Source: the human T2T-CHM13v2.0 reference genome, Homo sapiens
Reading direction: 5' to 3' (one strand)
NCBI RefSeq assembly: GCF_009914755.1
Contig: NC_060931.1
DNA: 64,000 nt
The notes under the pieces are model-generated. The model searched no databases. It worked only from the letters and a program-made list of their open reading frames with translations, and was not told the DNA's origin. This document shows, piece by piece, positions 26,911 to 40,752 of this stretch (its first letter is position 1; every line of letters begins with the position of its first letter). The position numbers and the translations under genes are program-made.

Positions 26911-28321
26911 TCCCCAGTTTTTAGAAACTGAGCCCTAGAATTCCAACACAAGGAAATCTCACCTTATTTCATTGCCCTTTGAGCATCATTTTCATTAATA
27001 CCTATCATTTCTTTTTGTGAGGGAAGAACCAGGTCCCCAGCCTCCCAATACACCTAGAATGTGCTGGCAACATTGTGGCAAGAAGATGCTTCCTTCTTTT
27101 TCTGAATTTAATGCTTCTCTTGGATTATGCCAATTTTGAGAGGAACCCTTGGCTACCAGCTAAACCAGCGGCAGTGAACTTTCCTAATGGAGCAACAGAG
27201 CCCATGTAAGGAAACCAGGGCAAAGCAGTTGACCACAGAGTAACCACCTGCAACCACACAAGTATGCCCAAAGCAGTGATAGCCACCATGCTTCCACCCA
27301 CCCCACAGACACTCTTTCTCCTTAGGTTCTCGGCTTTTGTGCTTTTACCAGAGCGCAACAGTTTTCTGGAAGTGCTCAGGGCTATGGGTAAAAGGGCAGT
27401 TTCCTGTGGACTCAGATTGTTTAAGATGTCATTTGGGGGTAAAGGACTGTTTAAAGAGATGGTTTCTTATCCATCAGATGGCTTTAGAAAATAAGGTGGG
27501 TGGATATTAACACTTTGGGTGAGGGCCTGGAAATCTTGGGACTTTAGACTCTCTGGCACCAGGGAGTTAAACAGGTCACAATGTGGAATGCTGGGATTCA
27601 GATGACACCCTGGGCTCTGACTAGCAAGACATCATAGCAGCTCTGAGGGGCCCACAAGAACTAGAGATGTGTCCAAGCTCTGCTGGTGTATAGATGTGGA
27701 ACTGAGTGCCCAGCAGTGGTGCCTCCTGCCCTGCCTGCCTGCCTGGCACCGACATGGCTGAATTGTACCTTATGCCATCGGGTGTGGCCAGTAATCCTGT
27801 GCTTACTTTGACTGGCATTGCCCCCTCCACTGGCCCTGAATGACTCACCTCATAGAAGAAAAAGGATACATAACAACCTTTTCCACTCCCCACAGTGTCA
27901 CCCAGGACTTGTTGACAGGACCAACACCAGTCTTCTTATGTGTGCATTGTTCAGGGTACAGCAGGATGGCTAGCTAAGCTTATTTAAAGCATAGTTACGA
28001 TTAATCATAATCATAGCTGACCTTTATTGAGCCCTTATTTTGTTTTGGGCACTAGAAACTATGTGTATTGCCTGTTTCAATCAACACAACAATCCTGAGG
28101 TATCAAGTATTAGTTTCCCGGACATTAGTACTGGTAGGTATTCATTGGCCTTGCAAATAGTTTGGAAAATGCTGGTTGTTCTAAAACAGTGACATGCCTG
28201 TAATCCTCCAAGAAAGTGATATATGTTGACTTTTTGAATTGTATTTAATCACCGAGCAACTAATATTTTAAGGAACATGAATTTGAAACCTGACTGGATG
28301 ATATAGAAGTGGGTCTGCGTA

Positions 28322-28418
28322 AAGGTTGATAGGTGCAGCAAACCACCATGGCACACGTTTACCTATGTCACAAACCTGCACATTCTGCACACGTATCCTG
28401 GAGCTTATTTTAAAAAAG
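28322..28418 (+). mobile_element. L1PA (older) 3' stub
   Basis: ggttgataggtgcagcaaaccaccatggcacacgtttacctatg...aaacctgcacattctgcac. Confidence 0.85.
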
Positions 28419-29786
28419 TGGATTTTCATAAAATATGCTTAGTGTCCTATGAGTAGTCTAAGAACCATTGGAACTAGGTGTAGTCTAAAGCATCAGGGTT
28501 GGATTTGGTGTGACTGCCTTTGAAAATGGCTACTCATGATACACCCAGGTTGGCCAGGTGACTCCTGAATGTAGCTGATGGTTTGTGCTTAGAAATGTGT
28601 CCTCTGCTTCATAACTCTCAAAGAAGCCTGCTGCATCACAGGAACAGGGAGCTCCATCTGCTTCCAGCACCCAGTTACATGTGCAAGGTGAGGAAGCTGA
28701 ATGTGAAGGTTTTGAGCCCATGGAGACGTTCACAGGCTGCCCTGCTGTTGTTTCCCACATTCTCCAGGAGTATGGGAGGCTCTTTCCTGAGTGCAATGCC
28801 AGATGGAGCCCAGGATCAAAGCCGCCAGCCGTGTTTTCATCCCCAGAACCAATCTAAGCTACAACCTAATCCTTCATTCTGTTTGTTTTTATAAATTCGC
28901 ATCCTAAAACACATCCCCTTCTTGCCTTTTTTCCTTCTGATATCATCAGAATATTTCAGGACACAGCCTGCATTTACACATCTTTCATGCAACTTCATGT
29001 TTATTCTGCCAAGTGCCTCTGAAGAACTGCCATTTGTGATTAAAATCCTTCCAGCTTCATCTTAGCTTTCTAGTGATTCTGATCAAATTAAAATGATTTT
29101 ATGTTTAGGAATTGTGGCAGGTCAGAGAGGGATTTCTTATTGTATTAAATGAAGGAAATGTAGTCTTAGCTAAACTCAAATGTCAACACCTTCTTAAGAT
29201 TATGCTTTACTTTGAAAACATCATCTGCATAATCATGAAAGTTTATTCATTAAATTACACATGCACACACCTATATAAAATGGTGCCAGCTGTAGATCTG
29301 AGCAATATCCAACTTACAACTTAAGTTGCACTTTTCATCCTCTGAGGAACCTGCTATTACAATACACATCTCACATTGAGGAAATGAGGCACAAAGAGGT
29401 TAAATAACTTGGCACAAGGTCACCCAGTTGTGAAGGGTGGAAGCAGGAATGTTAACCTGGACAGCTTACTTAGCTCCAGAGTCTTCCTAACAAGAAATTC
29501 TTAGCAAACAAAAACTTGTCACCATTTTTAGAGTTAATTGCCATTTCTATGACCACAGGTTTGATAAGCACACTGCATTTCCAACTCAAATTGCACATGG
29601 CCAATTACAGTGCCGACTTCTTACACAACTCTTCAGGAGATGGCTGGAAACCTTCCATTATTGATAAAAAATTTTAAATGGAGCCATGTTATTATAAGAC
29701 TGAAGTAAACAAAAATTAAACTAGAAAACTTTTGGGTTATGTAAAATGGAAGCTCCTCCATTCCAAACCATTATTGAAATATTACA

Positions 29787-30070
29787 GGCCGAGCGCAGTG
29801 GCTCACGCCTGTGATCCCAGCACTTTGGGAGGCTCAGGTGGGCAGATCACTTGAGGTCAAGAGTTCGAGACCAGCCTGGCCAACATGGTGAAACCCCGTC
29901 TCTATTAAAAATATGAAAATTAGCAAGGTGTTGGGGGTGCACCTGTATCCCAGCCACTCAGGAGGCTGAGGCACAAGAATCGCTTGAACCCCAGAGGCAG
30001 AGGTTGCAGTAAGCCAAGTTTGCGCCACTGCACTCCAGCCTGGGAGACAGAGTGAAATTGTCAAAATAAA
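29787..30070 (+). mobile_element. Alu (S/J-age)
   Basis: Alu dimer; tail expanded into a GA/GGAA repeat. Confidence 0.93.
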
Positions 30071-30128
30071 GAGAGAAAGAGAGAGAGGAAGAGAGGAAGG
30101 AAGGAAGGAAGGAAGGAAGGAAAGAAAG
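30069..30128. repeat. (GA)/(GGAA)n purine tract
   Basis: Direct read. Confidence 0.9.
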
Positions 30129-31549
30129 ATTGGTTACCAAAGCTAAAATTATCATAGCTATACTCTACATATTGAGACGTAATTTTCTGGGTGTAGATAA
30201 ATTTATTTGGAGCGAATCTATGTTATATGAACATGATAATATTCATTATTCTTTTATCCCCTGGCCTTTCAAATAATAATATATATGATTAGAGCAGCAT
30301 GATACAGTATTTTTACTTTAAAACTTTTAGTTCTCTTGGCTAAAGATGAAAATTTCTTCAGGGATTTAACCTAAATCATGTTTGTACATGTCATAGTGAT
30401 CTCTCTTGCATTTTGGAATGATTTTCATTTCTATCAATAGAGGCCCTAAAATGGCTCAGTTTAAGTCCCACAGAAAGTGAATCCTTCCTTAATACCTGCT
30501 AGATTAAGAATTTTTATTTCCAATAAAGTTACTTAACCACTTGTTTTGCACATCTGAGAGTTTCTGCAAATGTATCCCAGCTGTGAGATCTAGATCACAA
30601 AAGACTCTGATACTTTAGATCTATTCAGTTTCTAGTTTTGTTTGAAACTTGCCTAATTTTTTCCCTAAGGGAAACATTTTCTCCTAGTTCAAATACAAAA
30701 CAAAACTGGGAAAAAATATTTTGTTTTTCTGTGGCAAAGTTTTTCTTTTTTTCTCATACCATTTATAAATGTAATATAATTAAAGAAGTTTTAAAAGATA
30801 AAAAAAGGTAGACATTGGTCTGTTTCCTTACAATGATTTTCTATGCACTGGGATTTTTTAAATATGCCTGTAAGCATAGTATAGTTATCATTTTGTATTC
30901 TACATTTTTTTATGAAGCATATTAAAGCCATATTATTGTACACTCTTCACAAGCATCATTTTTATTGTTGCATGAGTGTCATATGTACGTAGCTATTTCC
31001 TGATGTTAGAGCGTGCACAATATATTCCATTTTTCACATTAGAAATCATGTTGCTATAAACCATCTCCTTAGGATAGATTCTTAGAAATTGAGTTACTGA
31101 ATCTTAAAGGATATTAATATTTTGAAACTCTTTATCCACATGGCCAAATTACTTCCTAAGATGATTTTAACAGAGTACACTGTCTGGCAATTTCCTGCCT
31201 GTGTTTGATATGCGTGTTTGTGTGTAGCGGGTGGGGTAGGGCATGTTGTTTAACTTGTGCAATGTGGGAGAGCATGGATATGGATCAGATCTGTTGTTGC
31301 ATAGGGGAAAGAGCTTGGTTCAAGCTAGTTCAAGGACCTGACTTTTTGTCCTGACTCTACAACTAACTGGCTGTGAGAACCTGGGCAAATCAGCAGGAGG
31401 TTTGCAGACACACGCATTTATCCATAAACCTTTGCTAAGTGCTTTTTATGTTTCTTGGTACCAAAGAGATTAGAAAATGAAGTCCAGGGTTCTTAGGATA
31501 TTACACTCTAGTGGGGGACAGATAAGTGGAGGCAGAATCACATGAAGTT

Positions 31550-31755
31550 TAAGAGAATGAACTCTGGAAGTAGCTTGCTCTGGGTTCAATTCCTAGTTAT
31601 TAGCTGTGCAAGCTTGCATAGTGAGAAGTCTCTTAAGCTCAGCTTCCTCATATCTGAAATGAGGGTAATAATACCAGTGGCATAGGATGGTTGTGCAGAT
31701 AAATGAGAAAATGGTTAACCTGCCTGGCACAACGTGAGCTCAATAATTGTTAGGT
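31550..31755 (+). mobile_element. MIR
   Basis: ctgggttcaattcct...tcagcttcctcatatctgaaatgagggtaataatacc. Confidence 0.7.
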
Positions 31756-31984
31756 TTTTTCTTTTTTTCTGTTTTGTTGCTGATACGATTCTAATAAGAT
31801 TTAGAAACTACCACTATGTTTTAAGTGGTAGGGAGCATGTGTGCTGCTTCTTCACAAAAGAATATCATGTCTTTGCAGCATGGGTCTTGGGTTCTGAGAA
31901 TTGATAACATGTCGGGGAGTAGGAGCAGGTATAGGTCATTATAGGTCATATCTCAGGGGATTTTCAGCTCCAATGGGCCGCCAT

Positions 31985-32380
31985 GACATCTTCACAGAAA
32001 CCAAACGGACCCGCCCCCCCCCTCCCCGCCCGACTACCCAAAATTTTGTTTGGTGTTGAGATTGATGATGCCATACTTCCACCAAAAGGATGTACAAAGT
32101 TTTATTGTTCACATGATGTGACTTTCTGGGGGAAGCAGGACTGACCCCCAGGCAGGTCCATAAAATGGCTTGAGAGAGCTGGGACTGGCTCAGCGTTCTG
32201 TGGTGGTTAGGAGGCGGAGCTGGGTAAGTGTTCTCATGCCAGCAGGGGTTGCATGGTTTGAACTTCCACCAACACCAAGGGAGGGAGTGCACTGGCCTTG
32301 TTCTTGACTTGCAATCAGTAAGCAGTCAAACAATAAAAATGGAGTCAGACTCTTTATTATGTGGGGTGTGGTTTTATGAT
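31985..32380 (-). mobile_element. ERVL-class LTR fragment (family uncertain)
   Basis: Minus strand shows aataaa followed by ggcatcatcaatctcaacaccaaacaaaattttggg, typical of an ERVL LTR 3' end. Confidence 0.45.
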
Positions 32381-32569
32381 GGACAAGGGAAATCTCAGTA
32401 GCTTTCTTTCTTTCTTAAAAGGAGAAACAAGCCAACTCTCTGGATCCCACCTGTTCCTACTCTTTTTACTGCAGTGCTTGGCTCCCCGGTACTCCCAGCA
32501 CTGGCTGTACAGTAGTCTCTGATCCAAGTGCTCTGCTCCCATTCTTAAAACACGTGCAATCAGATTCCC

Positions 32570-33775
32570 CCGACTGCTGCTGGAAACTGCTCCTGTCAAG
32601 ATGATCACTTACTTTCATATTGCTAACCCCTGTGGTCCTTTCTCACTCCCCATCATACCTATCCTGTGAGCGTTAGCTTTCCTTGTCTTTCTTTGTGACT
32701 AGTTCTCAATTTTCTGACCCCTTAATGATTGGAGTGTCCCAGAACCTAGTCCTGGGGTCTCTGCTCTTCTCTGTCTGCACTAACTCTCTTCCTCTAAAAT
32801 CCATCTACCCATAAGTAGATTTCTGGCATCTGTCTCTTCAGGAACCTCAGGCTTGTAAGTCCAACTGCCTCAATGTTCCTATACCCAAAATGGAGCAGCT
32901 GGCCTTCTCTTTCACTCTTGCTCCTCCTGGAGTCTCCTTCATCTCATTTAATGGAAACTTCATCTGTCTAGCTGCTCATGCCCAAAACTGCACCATTACC
33001 TGGAATTCTTTCTTTCATGTGGACTTCACATCCAACCTGTCAGCTAATCCTGTAGACTTTACCTTGAAACAATATCCAGATTCTGGCCATTCCTTATCAC
33101 CTCCACTGCTCCCACCCTCATCCAAGCCACTGTCTATCCTTTAGCTGAATTTCTGCCATAGCCTTTAGCTGATGTTCCTGCATGTACTTTAGCCCCCCTA
33201 CAGTCATCAACACAGCAGGCAGAGCAATGCTTTTGTAAAGTCATTCAGATGATACCACAGCTCTGTTCAGTACTCTGCAGTGGCTGCTCACGTCACTCAG
33301 AGTGAAAGTGGGAGTCCCATTCCTTCCCAGAAGGCCCTAGGTCCCTTACCTCACCTTCTAGCACCTACCACTCTAGCTGTTCCTGATCTTTGCTATTTCT
33401 GGAGCCTACCATGCTTGCTCCTATCTCATGGCCTTGCATGTGCTGTACCCTCTGCCTGGAATGTTCTTCCTCCAGATGTCAGCATGGCTCACCTATCACC
33501 TCCGGCCCGTATTTGCCCAAATTTCCAAATGTCACCTTCTCATGAGACCTTTTCTGACCACCTTGATTTAAGTTGTAACCTCCCTCTCACTTCCTATCCT
33601 TGTTCTTGCTTTGTTTTTCTTCATGGTTCCCAACACTTTTTAAAAGAATATACAATGTACTTCTTAGTTGTGTTTGTTGTCTACTCTCTTAGAGTGGTTG
33701 TTCCCTGTTCTATCTCACTGGCCTAATACAGTGCCTGATAAATAATAGATGCTCAATAATTATTTGCTGAAATAA
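32570..33775 (+). mobile_element. Long L2 3' fragment
   Basis: tggagtgtcccagaacctagtcctggg...; ends acagtgcctg...gctcaataattatttgctgaa, then a GGAA tract (33775-33848). Confidence 0.8.
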
Positions 33776-36144
33776 GGAAGGAAGAGAGAAAGGAAGGAAG
33801 CAAGGAAAGAAGGGAGGGAGGGTAAGAGGGAGAGAAGGAAGGAAGGAGCTATGTTTGCAACATATCCAAGAATAATTGTATTGCATTAAAACAGAGCATA
33901 GGCCAAATTGCATGTGGTCATTTCAGACTGAACTGTGTTCCCCTGGAATATTTACACTTGTTCATTAGCATGACAGTCTCTTTTCCAGAGCAGGGAGTGG
34001 CTTGAGAGGTGTCTGCATCAATCACACACACTCTGACATTCCATTTGGGAAGGGACAACACAGTCCTACGCTTGGTAGAGCTAGTCTTCCCAAACACAAA
34101 TACAAGGACCAATTGTAGATTTTGGAAATCCCAGCCACCACTCACACAGGAGACCAGAAATAAACTTAGATTATCTTTGGAATGTGTCAACATCCATGTT
34201 TCAGGACTACTGCATTCTTAAATATCCCCAAGAACTATATTGAGCAGTATCAGCTGCACAGCTGTGAGTGGCGCCAAGGACTATTTTGTTTGGGTGATTG
34301 TTCACTGTAAAAAGCACAGTAGGGATTGGAGATATTTTTATTTGTGAAATTTTGAAAACCTGTTTCATAGGTATCTTGGTTGTTTTTAACATGGGGCAGT
34401 TCACATGGAGAAAACAACCGGTTAATTTGATTTTTTTTTCTGTAGATAAAGGTGCACCTTACTCCAACTTCTGACCACAGAACCTGGTAAAGGAGTAGCT
34501 GGAGGCTATGTTTGGTACATTCTGTAGTGCTGCTTTGCAAATTGCCATAATTTGGACAAGAAAGTAGTGGACAAGAAAATGCAATTTGACAAATGTCTGG
34601 CCTTTCGCAGGGATTTCCCAGGCTCCCCTGAGTGAGCGGAGTTTGAGAAAGACACCCAACATCAATATTGCAGTTTGATGCCATAAGCTAGAAATTGAGT
34701 GTCTTGACTTTTGTAGGAAAACCCACATGTCAGTCATTTGGGGCACTTACTTCTTTGGCCAGAAGTGGGGAGTTGCGTCATATATCAGCAAGGAAAATAC
34801 AGAGAAAAGCAAATGAATATGGAATATGAGAAGAAAGTCATCTAGGGCAAGAAGGAAGATAGTAGCTGGGAACTTCGTAATAGCTGCTTCTCCCTTAGGT
34901 TTTACACTATTTACTTGGATCTTAGTTTTACAAAAGTTTTAAGGAGTTTGATTTAACAAATGTTCCATTCTCTCAAGAATAACCCTACCATACTTTCTAA
35001 AGTTTAGCATTTGAGAAATTGGACTAAGACTTTTAAAGTTCGTATTTAAGGAAATGGATTACTCTGATGGTAAAACATGTTGTTGTTAATATTGACTCTC
35101 TCAAAAACTGCATACAAAACAAAACAAAAAAGCAAATAATAACAATGACGTGTTGAAATGCGCGAGATCCTTAATGCAACACAAAGTCTTCCTCTATGAG
35201 GTGGAGTATCTTTTATTTCTATATCTAAAAAGTCTGTGAGAAACATCAGAAATTAGCCACAATTTTTGACATCAGTCTCAGCAGAACAGCTGGTGGTATC
35301 ATGTGGGAAGGACAGCAACTGTAGCATTGCACGATCAGCCAACCCAGGAAGCATCAGGTTATTTATTTGCTGCTAAACAAGGTACTTTGGTCCATTTCAG
35401 CGCACATACAGGCCTTTCAGGTTGGGTGAACGGTGACTGTTTTGAATGAGGCAAAATTGTATTCTAGGAGGGGCAGTAAGACTGTTCCTTCGGCACTTCT
35501 GTGTGTCTCTCACATCGAGAGTCGCCATCTGTCCCTGGAGAATAATCGGCGTGGCAGCTGGGCATGGTGTGTCATCAGAGACAAGGAACCTTGTCTCAGA
35601 TCAGAAGGCAGCAGGTTTGGAGGTCAGCAGCAGTTTTAGGACTGAGCCAGGTTAATCGTTGACACCTGATGCTTAAATGGCCTCAAATAAAACCAGGACT
35701 ATACAGCTTGAACTAGCCCAATTGCAGGAAAGACGGCAGGTCCCACCCTGATCTTTCTCATTTCTTTGGCGCCATGGCAATGTGTTTGCGTTTAGTTATA
35801 TGTCTTTGTTGTCTTCCTCCTCTTTCAGGACTGAAAACCATAAACAAAGAATATAACAAACAGGGCAATTCTTAGGAAAGGCAAGGATGATTCATTTGGC
35901 AGTATGCAAGAGGGTTCAAAGTACATAGGATCAAGCAGGCTGGGTTGATAAAAGATAACCACCCCTTTGATTATCATTCGGCAATTGGAGCTTATTTCAC
36001 TTAGCATTTCTAGTTTTTTCTCTTCCCAAAAGGAATAGAGAACCAGCTCCACAATGCCATAGCAAAAAACCAGAGTGGACATCACCGCACCTCCTTATCC
36101 ACCAGTCCCCTCAAAATCCCCATAGAAGCTTTTCAAAACAAAAT

Positions 36145-36177
<33 letters not shown>

Positions 36178-36183
36178 CACACA
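36145..36183. repeat. (AC)n microsatellite with one interruption
   Basis: Direct read. Confidence 0.95.
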
Positions 36184-37204
36184 TTAGACACAGAAATAGG
36201 TAGTAGGCATACCCTTAGTATACCACCAACCAACATTAAAAGTATTTTAGTGTGACCCACAGAGCGTGAAAACAAAGGAAAGTGTAGATTTCCCACACCA
36301 TCCAGGGCTGTACGAATGGCTGCAGCATTTTGCTGCGTGTTTCTGGATCTGGGCAGGATTTAACATTTTGTGGCTTTGGGGAAATAACGGGACACCCAGG
36401 GTCATCACCCAACACCAGTACCCCAGACATATGTTCAGGGAATGAGCCAATGGGCCAAGGGAAAAAAAAAGAGCATGCTAACTCTTCATAAAAGTCGAAA
36501 TCATTTCTGATGGAAGGAAAGGAAGACAGAGAGCTGCTGAAAAATGGGCATGTTTTTTTTTTCCTGCAACAGAACTGTCCTGAATGTCAAGCCAATGTTG
36601 GCATCATGGTAGTCACCAGAGAAGAGTTAATAGAACTCTTCTTTTATAGGTAGGTTAAAAATAATTTTTCTGCTTTAGATGTTTGTAAAATTCCTCTAGG
36701 AACAGAGAGGAGGAATGAGTCTTTGTGTCAGTGGGCTGTGGGCAGCCAGCACCCCCAATCTGCCACACATGTGGTGCCAGGGATTTCCATGGAAAGAACC
36801 TCAGGAGACCTGATTCTGGGCCTGTTTCATAAGGCTAGCAGGCTAGTGAGGGCCCTAGGTCATAATTTTAAAATCATACTAATATACATCCAGGTGTGTG
36901 TATACATTCTCAGGGTAGCAGGAAGAAAGTGGTGGCAAGCGAGGCTGGAAAGGTGGCAGGGGCCAGACCCCACAAGCCCCTGCAGGGCATGGTATGGATT
37001 TTTGCCTTTGCCTTAAATCGTCTTTGGAGGTTTTAAGTGGCATGATGGGAGGTGGGTGTGGGGTGAGCATGAGCAGAAACATGATCATATTTTGTGTTTG
37101 AAACAACGTTAATTCCTTTGGAGGGGATTTAGTCAATAGCACTGACTACGTTCATACTTTCATCTTTTCTGGCAATCCCCTTGAACTGAAGCACTTGAGA
37201 TTAG

Positions 37205-37353
37205 TGTGGTCAGTCTCAATTCTAAGAGCACATTACAATCCCCTGGAGGATTTTTACAGCCCGGCCCCCATCTCCAGAAATTTGGATTTAATTGGGCAGA
37301 GGTAGAGCTTGAGCATGGGGTGTTTGTGTGTGTGTGTTTGTGTTTTTTTTTTT

Positions 37354-37384
<31 letters not shown>

Positions 37385-37595
37385 TCTAATTATCAGGCAA
37401 GGCTGCGACCCACAGGTTCAGTGGAAAGATAAAATTGGGGTCCTCAAAGTGTGGCCCCGAGACGAGCAACATCACCATCACCTGTGTACCGATCAGAAAT
37501 GCAGATTCTCTGGCCTGATCTCATACTGACTGAACCAGAAACTCTGGGGCTCCATATGTTTTAAGAAGCCCTCCGGGGGTTCTGATGCCTGCAGG
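37205..37595. mobile_element. Two adjacent MER5-type elements with a compound (TG)n/Tn/(TG)n at 37320-37384
   Basis: cacattacaatcccctgg...ggatttaattggg; ctcaaagtgtggcccc...agaaatgcagattctc...agaaactctgggg. Confidence 0.65.
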
Positions 37596-37789
37596 TATAA
37601 GGCAGGAGAAGCTGGAGTCTGGATCTGCTTCCAGATTTAGTTGTAGAATAGCTCTGTGATAAGAGGTAATTGTGGAACCTCTCTGGCCCTTGGTCTCTTC
37701 CCCTGTAAAAGGTGGAGGAGGGATTAGACAATCTCAGTGGTTAAGAATTTATCATCCATGCACACTAAATCTAATAAGAGTTTTATAAT

Positions 37790-38350
37790 ATACTTTAAAA
37801 ATCATTTTTATATAATGGAATAAGAACATAGTCATTGTAGGAAACTCAAAAAAATATGCAAAGAATATAGAAGAAAATAAATGTCAATTAAAATTTTTCC
37901 ACCCAGAAGTAACTGTTGCTTATCTTCAGCAGTTTGAGTGAATGTATTTTGAATATATTTTGGTGTGTTTTCTTCTGATATTTTCTGTGCATACCTACTT
38001 ACAAATCTGGGAATTATACTATACATGGCTCAGGAGCCTACTTCTCACCTAACATTATACCAGAGGCAAATCTTCTCATCATTAAATGTTCTTTTAATTG
38101 TCTTTGTTAATGTCTACATAATACCCTATTACATTTTATGCCATAATTTATTTAACTTTTCCCCTATATTGACTGTTTAGGCTTTTTCACATTTCTTGAT
38201 ATTGTTTTGATGAATATCTGTATCTCTATATCTATCCATCTATCTAGATCTTAGTCTGAAGACCTTTTCAAGAGAATCCTAGAAATAGAATAATTGGATC
38301 AATGCACATGAACTTTTCCAGGCTTTTGATCCATCTCCAACTTTTTTTTT
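37790..38350 (-). mobile_element. L1ME-like fragment
   Basis: ccataatttatttaac...cctagaaatagaataattggatcaa. Confidence 0.5.
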
Positions 38351-39387
38351 CCAGACACAGGCCAGTTCACACAAACACCAGTGGGATATTAAAGAACTCT
38401 CCTCACCACACCCTCATCATCATTCGTAATATTGATTTTCATTTCATGCACTGCCATGAAGCAGAGAAGGCTGCAACAGCAGGACAGTGTTTGGAATAGG
38501 AGTATAGCTCGGGCAGTCAACACCTAAGGAAGATTCAGACTCAATAAACAGAACTGTAGAGCTATCAGCAGCACAGACACTGTGGTTGGAATACAGGGAG
38601 ACATACAGGACCAATGATGACATTTTCAAAGAGCCCTCCTTAAAATGTAGCACTGGAATTTACTTGAAGTTTGTGGAAAGGTTGTGGATTGGTGGCAAAT
38701 CACCTTCTCTAGAAATTGGTACTGATAAAGCACAATGTTGTGCTCCCTAGAAGCTGAGAGGTGGTCCTGACTGAAGCCAGGTGGAGGAGGAGCCATTGCT
38801 TAGATGAACCTCTAAGGTCCCTTCTGGGCTTATGATGCTAGGTTATTAGAGCCAGTGTAGTGAGAGGGGTGTTTGTCTTTCTTCTACCATTCCTTTCCTG
38901 GGCACTTTGTATGTCCACAGACACCCAAAAGGGCTCCATTTTCCCAGGTCTTCCTGCCCATTGACCCACCCTTTCCTCCTTGTCTATATCTGACAACCTC
39001 TCATTGCCTTCTCGTTACTTGATTCCTTCTTGGATCCAGGATCCTAATTGTAGAGAGAAAGAAGAACAGTGAGAGGGCTTAGAAAATAGAATCCCAACCT
39101 TTATTCATCAAAAAAAGAAGAAAAAAAAGAAGTGGTGAGCTTATGTCACCATTTATTTATAGCCCCACCTACTTCCAGAAGTATCTTAAGTAGTACCTGC
39201 TTTCACAGTGGGCTCAGGGAGAACTAAAGTCTCCTATTTAAAAACCAGTTCAGGGAACACCAGACCTGCTAGTCGTTGACAGACTATAATGGGGAAGAGA
39301 GTAATTCAAGCATTCAACCACTGCATATTTTTTAATGTAAGTATTATGGGGATGAGAGACTGTTTAAACAATATTTAAAAGCATAGA

Positions 39388-39922
39388 TTTAGTGTATACC
39401 CAAAAGAATTGAAAACAAGCGTTCAAACAAAACTTGTATGAGGATATTCTTAGTAGCATGGTTCACAATTAGCCAAAAGGTGAAAACAGTCTAAATGTCC
39501 ATTAACTGATAAATGGAAATGAAGTGTGGTATATCCATACAATGGATTGTTATTCAGCAACAAAAAGGAATGAAGTACTGATACATGCCACAGCATAAAT
39601 GCACCTTGAAACATGCTAAGTGAAATATCTAAAGAAAAAAGAAGCAGCCAGATATCAAAACCCATATATTGTACGATTCCCTTTATACAAAATATCCAGA
39701 ATAGGCAAATTCATAGAGACAGAAAGCAGACTGGTGTTTGCCAGAGGTTGGGAGGAGAAGAGAATGAGCAGTGGTACTGATGGGTACAGGGTTTCATTTT
39801 GGGGTGATGAAATATTCTGGAACTAGGTAGTGGTGATTGTTGCAGAACATTGTAAATGCATTAAATGCCATTGGATTTTACATTTTTAAATGGTTAAAAT
39901 GGTAAATTTTATGTTAAGTGTA
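39388..39922 (+). mobile_element. L1MB-like 3' end
   Basis: tatacccaaaagaattgaaaacaag...aggcaaattcatagagacagaaagcaga...aaatggttaaaatggtaaattttatg. Confidence 0.85.
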
Positions 39923-39989
39923 GTAGAAGGAAAGACACTTGTTCTTCAGGGCTTTGAGGAAAGATAGGCTCAGTTAGTTGTGCCTATAT

Positions 39990-40515
<526 letters not shown>

Positions 40516-40537
40516 ATATTTGTGTTATTAATTTAGC

Positions 40538-40752
40538 CCAGTATTCTCAACTGGAGACAGCGTTGCTTCCCAGGGAATATTTGGCCATGTCTGGAGACAT
40601 TTTTTATTACATACTTAGGGGGAGGGGCTCTACTGGCATCTAGTGAATACAGGCAAAGAATGCCACTGAACATCCTGCAACGTACAGGACAGCCTCCCAC
40701 AACAAAAGATTATCTGGCCCAAAAGACCATTCGTTCCAGTGAGAATCCCTGG
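40538..40752. mobile_element. MER20
   Basis: cagtattctcaactgg...tttggccatgtctggagacattttt...ctactggcatctagtg...acaacaaaagattatctggccc. Confidence 0.8.

Noticed and set aside
32008-32040. G4-like C-runs (also 20467-20517, 50011-50032)
   Set aside because: Generic motifs, mostly inside repeats, with no supporting context.
33280-33726. 148-aa ORF
   Set aside because: Non-ATG start, inside an L2 relic.
35800-35835. Strong acceptor-like site (also ~2605-2622)
   Set aside because: No convincing paired GT donor; such sites are common in long introns.
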